Positions 57,297 to 60,116 of a stretch of DNA of 60,116 nt are shown piece by piece. Under the pieces are notes generated by a model that saw nothing but the letters and a program-made list of their open reading frames with translations, did not search any database and was not told the DNA's origin. The stretch lies in assembly GCA_025964115.1 (NCBI GenBank), contig JAOPZM010000073.1, positions 1 through 60,116 on the forward strand. Reading direction: 5' to 3'. Made by a program: the position numbers and the translations under genes. This DNA comes from Solirubrobacterales bacterium (GTDB lineage Bacteria; Actinomycetota; Thermoleophilia; Solirubrobacterales; Solirubrobacteraceae). Numbering within the stretch: the first letter of the stretch is position 1; the number at the start of each line of letters is the position of its first letter.

Positions 57297-60116
57297 ATGG
57301 CCAGCGCTGATGTCATAAACGGCGGCAACGTCGAACCGCGCGCGCTCGAGGACGAGATGCGCACCGCGTATCTCGACTACGCGATGTCGGTCATCGTCGG
57401 TCGCGCGCTGCCAGACGTGCGCGACGGATTGAAGCCCGTCCACCGCCGCGTCCTCTACGCGATGAACGAGCTCGGCCTCGGCCCGACGAGGTCCTACTCC
57501 AAGTGCGCCAAGATCGTCGGCGAGGTGATGGGCAACTATCACCCGCACGGCGACTCTGCGATCTACGACACGCTCGTGCGCATGGCGCAGGACTTCTCCA
57601 TGCGCTATGAGCTCGTCGACGGACAGGGCAACTTCGGCTCGATCGACGACGACCCGGCCGCCGCCATGAGGTACTGCGTTGCCGGGGACACGCGGGTGCG
57701 CACTCCGGCGGGCACCATGCGGATCGATTCGATCGCGCCGCAAGCCTTGCCGAACTCGGACACGCCGGTAGACATCGAGGTGCTTGACCGCCTCGGTCGC
57801 CCGGTCCATGCATCAGTCGCGTTCCATTCAGGCGACCACGCCACGCTGCAGCTGCGGACGACCGAGGGTTACGAGCTGACCGGTACCGCCAACCACCCCC
57901 TCTTGTGCCTCGTCGACATGGCGGGCGTTCCGCTTTTGATGTGGAAGCTCCTCGAGGAGATCCAGCCCGGCGAGCGCGTGCTCATTCACCGCGCGACGCG
58001 CGTCGACAGCGCCCAACCGCAAAGGCGCTCACGCATGCTTGCGCTCTTGGCGGGGGCCTTCGTTTCGGAGGGTTGGTTCGGCGCGCGGCGCGCCGGCTTC
58101 AACAACATCGACAAGGCGTTCTTCGACGCGGTGATAGAGGCGTATGACTGCGTGGTCGGCGGACCTCGTTACGTCACCTCTCGCACGATCAGGTCCGGAA
58201 GCCTCTGCCATGAGCTTGACGTGCAGAACCTCTCCGCGCTCCGTAGCGGTCCGCTGGGCGAGCTTGAGGGGCTTCCGAGCGACCGCAAGCGAGTACCCGA
58301 GTTCGTCTGGTCGGCCGACAGCGGCTTCAAGCGTGTGTTCCTTCAGGCGCTCTTCGAGGGCGACGGCTCCTCCTCGCTCCTACCCCGAAGCACGATTCAG
58401 ATCTCCTATTCCACCCGCAGCACGGAGCTGGCGCGTGATGTCCAGCTTCTGCTGCTCGAGTTCGGCGTGATCTCTCGACTTAGCCTCTCGGCGCGTGGCG
58501 AGATCAAGGTGGTCGTTACCAATCGCCGCGACGCCCGTCTTTTTGCCGAGCGCGTCGGCTTCCTTGCCGCAAAGCAGTCGAGGCTTGAGCGCCAGCTCGC
58601 GGGCATACCTGCGACGAGCCGAGCACTCAGCCACGACCACGTTCCGCATATGGCACGCTACATCCGCTCGGAGGGCGGCTCCACGTTCACCGAGCGAGAC
58701 TGGCTGAGACGGCACAACGTCGACCGGATCGAGCGGTGGGAGCATGGATCGACGGCGATCCTCGAGCGCATCTCCTCGGAGGAGGTGCGCGACGTCGTTG
58801 CCCCGCTCGTCGGCGGCGACTACTACTACGCCGAGGTTGCCTCCGTGGAGCCGGCCGGCGTTCAGCCTGTCTACTCGCTGCGAGTCGACACGGACGACCA
58901 TTCGTTCCTCACCAACGGCTTCGTCAGCCACAACACCGAGGCGCGCCTGGCCCGCATCGCGACGGAGATGCTGCGCGACCTCGACATGGACACGGTCGAC
59001 TTCGCGCCCAACTACGACGGCTCCAGGCAGGAACCGCTCGTGCTGCCAGCGCGCTTCCCCAACCTGCTCGTCAACGGCTCTTCGGGCATCGCAGTGGGCA
59101 TGGCGACCAACATCCCTCCGCACAACCTGCGTGAGGTGATCGCCGCCACGATCGCCTACATCGACGACCCCACTCTGGAGGTCGACGGCCTGATGCGCCA
59201 CATCAAGGGGCCGGACTTCCCGACCGGGGGAATCATCCTCGGCCACGCCGGCATAAAGGACGCCTACGAGACGGGCCGTGGCCGGGTGCGCCTCCAGGCG
59301 CGCGCGCACGTCGAGCCGCTCAAACAGGGCAAGGAGGCGATCGTGGTCACCGAGCTGCCCTTCATGGTCAAGAAGGGTGGCCCCGGCGGCCTGATCGAGA
59401 AGATCGCCGAGCTCGTGCGCGAGAAAAAGATCCCCGAGATCGCAGACCTCAACGACTACTCGGACAAGCGCGGCATGCGCCTGATGATCGAGCTCAAGCG
59501 CGACGCGATCCCGAAGGTGGTCCTCAACAAGCTGTACAAGCACACGCCGATGCAGACAACCTTCGGCGTGAACATGGTGGCGCTCGTCGACAACGTCCCG
59601 CGGACGCTCGACCTGCGCGCGGTGATCCACAACTACGTCGCCCACCAGCGCGAAGTGATCGTGCGCCGGACCAAGCACGAGCTGTCGGAGAAGGAGGCCC
59701 GCGCCCACATCCTCGAGGGCCTGCTCACGGCGCTCGAGAACCTCGATGCGATCATCGAGCTGATCCGCGGCTCGCGCGACCGGGACAGCGCGCGCGAGCA
59801 GCTCGTCGCGCGCTTCGAGCTGAGCGCCGTGCAGGCGACGGCGATCCTCGACCTGCGCCTCTCCCAGCTCACCGCGCTCGAGGCCGACGCGATCAAACAG
59901 GAGCACGCCGACGTGACCGAGCGGATCGCCGAGCTGCGGGCGATCCTCGGCGACGAGAACCGGGTGCTAGCGGTGATCAAGGAGGAGCTCACGGAGCTCT
60001 CCGAGCGCTTCGGCGACGAGCGGCGCACCGAGATCAGCCACTCCGAGGACGAGATCGACATCGAGGACCTGATCGCCGACCAGCAGATGGTGATCACGAT
60101 CACCCAGAGCGGCTAC
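57297..60116 (+). CDS. gyrA: DNA gyrase subunit A, intein-containing, 3'-truncated by the window edge
   Basis: [43 protein letters not shown]|intein|[19 protein letters not shown]; not in the ORF track because no stop lies in the window. Confidence 0.97.
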   Translation, partial: MASADVINGGNVEPRALEDEMRTAYLDYAMSVIVGRALPDVRDGLKPVHRRVLYAMNELGLGPTRSYSKCAKIVGEVMGNYHPHGDSAIYDTLVRMAQDFSMRYELVDGQGNFGSIDDDPAAAMRYCVAGDTRVRTPAGTMRIDSIAPQALPNSDTPVDIEVLDRLGRPVHASVAFHSGDHATLQLRTTEGYELTGTANHPLLCLVDMAGVPLLMWKLLEEIQPGERVLIHRATRVDSAQPQRRSRMLALLAGAFVSEGWFGARRAGFNNIDKAFFDAVIEAYDCVVGGPRYVTSRTIRSGSLCHELDVQNLSALRSGPLGELEGLPSDRKRVPEFVWSADSGFKRVFLQALFEGDGSSSLLPRSTIQISYSTRSTELARDVQLLLLEFGVISRLSLSARGEIKVVVTNRRDARLFAERVGFLAAKQSRLERQLAGIPATSRALSHDHVPHMARYIRSEGGSTFTERDWLRRHNVDRIERWEHGSTAILERISSEEVRDVVAPLVGGDYYYAEVASVEPAGVQPVYSLRVDTDDHSFLTNGFVSHNTEARLARIATEMLRDLDMDTVDFAPNYDGSRQEPLVLPARFPNLLVNGSSGIAVGMATNIPPHNLREVIAATIAYIDDPTLEVDGLMRHIKGPDFPTGGIILGHAGIKDAYETGRGRVRLQARAHVEPLKQGKEAIVVTELPFMVKKGGPGGLIEKIAELVREKKIPEIADLNDYSDKRGMRLMIELKRDAIPKVVLNKLYKHTPMQTTFGVNMVALVDNVPRTLDLRAVIHNYVAHQREVIVRRTKHELSEKEARAHILEGLLTALENLDAIIELIRGSRDRDSAREQLVARFELSAVQATAILDLRLSQLTALEADAIKQEHADVTERIAELRAILGDENRVLAVIKEELTELSERFGDERRTEISHSEDEIDIEDLIADQQMVITITQSGY
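57675..58934 (+). mobile_element. GyrA intein (420 aa) with LAGLIDADG homing endonuclease
   Basis: Starts CVAGDTRV after Tyr126; block [10 protein letters not shown]; [11 protein letters not shown] and [11 protein letters not shown]; ends [11 protein letters not shown] followed by Thr; 1260 nt in frame. Confidence 0.96.

Noticed and set aside
57530-57575. Quinolone-resistance allele in GyrA
   Set aside because: The QRDR reads [10 protein letters not shown], i.e. Ser83/Asp87-equivalent wild type
58380-59906. 508-aa minus-strand ORF
   Set aside because: Antisense shadow of gyrA

Overview
High-GC (about 70% by eye) actinobacterial chromosome segment. Gene content and style suggest Thermoleophilia/Solirubrobacterales (inference). 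The right third is the replication-origin region: tRNA-Ile, parB-parA-rsmG-jag-yidC-yidD-rnpA-rpmH on the minus strand, then dnaA-dnaN-recF-dciA-gyrB-gyrA on the plus strand, with a parS-like site and a degenerate putative oriC. gyrA is missing from the ORF track because it runs off the window; it carries a 420-aa LAGLIDADG intein right after the catalytic Tyr. The left part holds cell-wall hydrolases (one NlpC/P60, two atypical M23, one under a c-di-AMP riboswitch), a polar amino-acid ABC transporter, a GGDEF-EAL protein, glycerol/threonine/methylamine-type metabolic genes, NfeD-stomatin, a partner-switching module and a ~15 kb GT2-rich polysaccharide cluster. The least explained stretch is a ~930-bp insert between dciA and gyrB. 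It contains two diverged copies of a ~90-nt stem-closed element, each starting 8 nt after a TAGGCT -10 box. It also holds a third ~100-nt multi-stem structure, a perfect 22-bp palindrome and a small CxxC...CxxC ORF. This is a candidate undescribed small-RNA/small-protein system.
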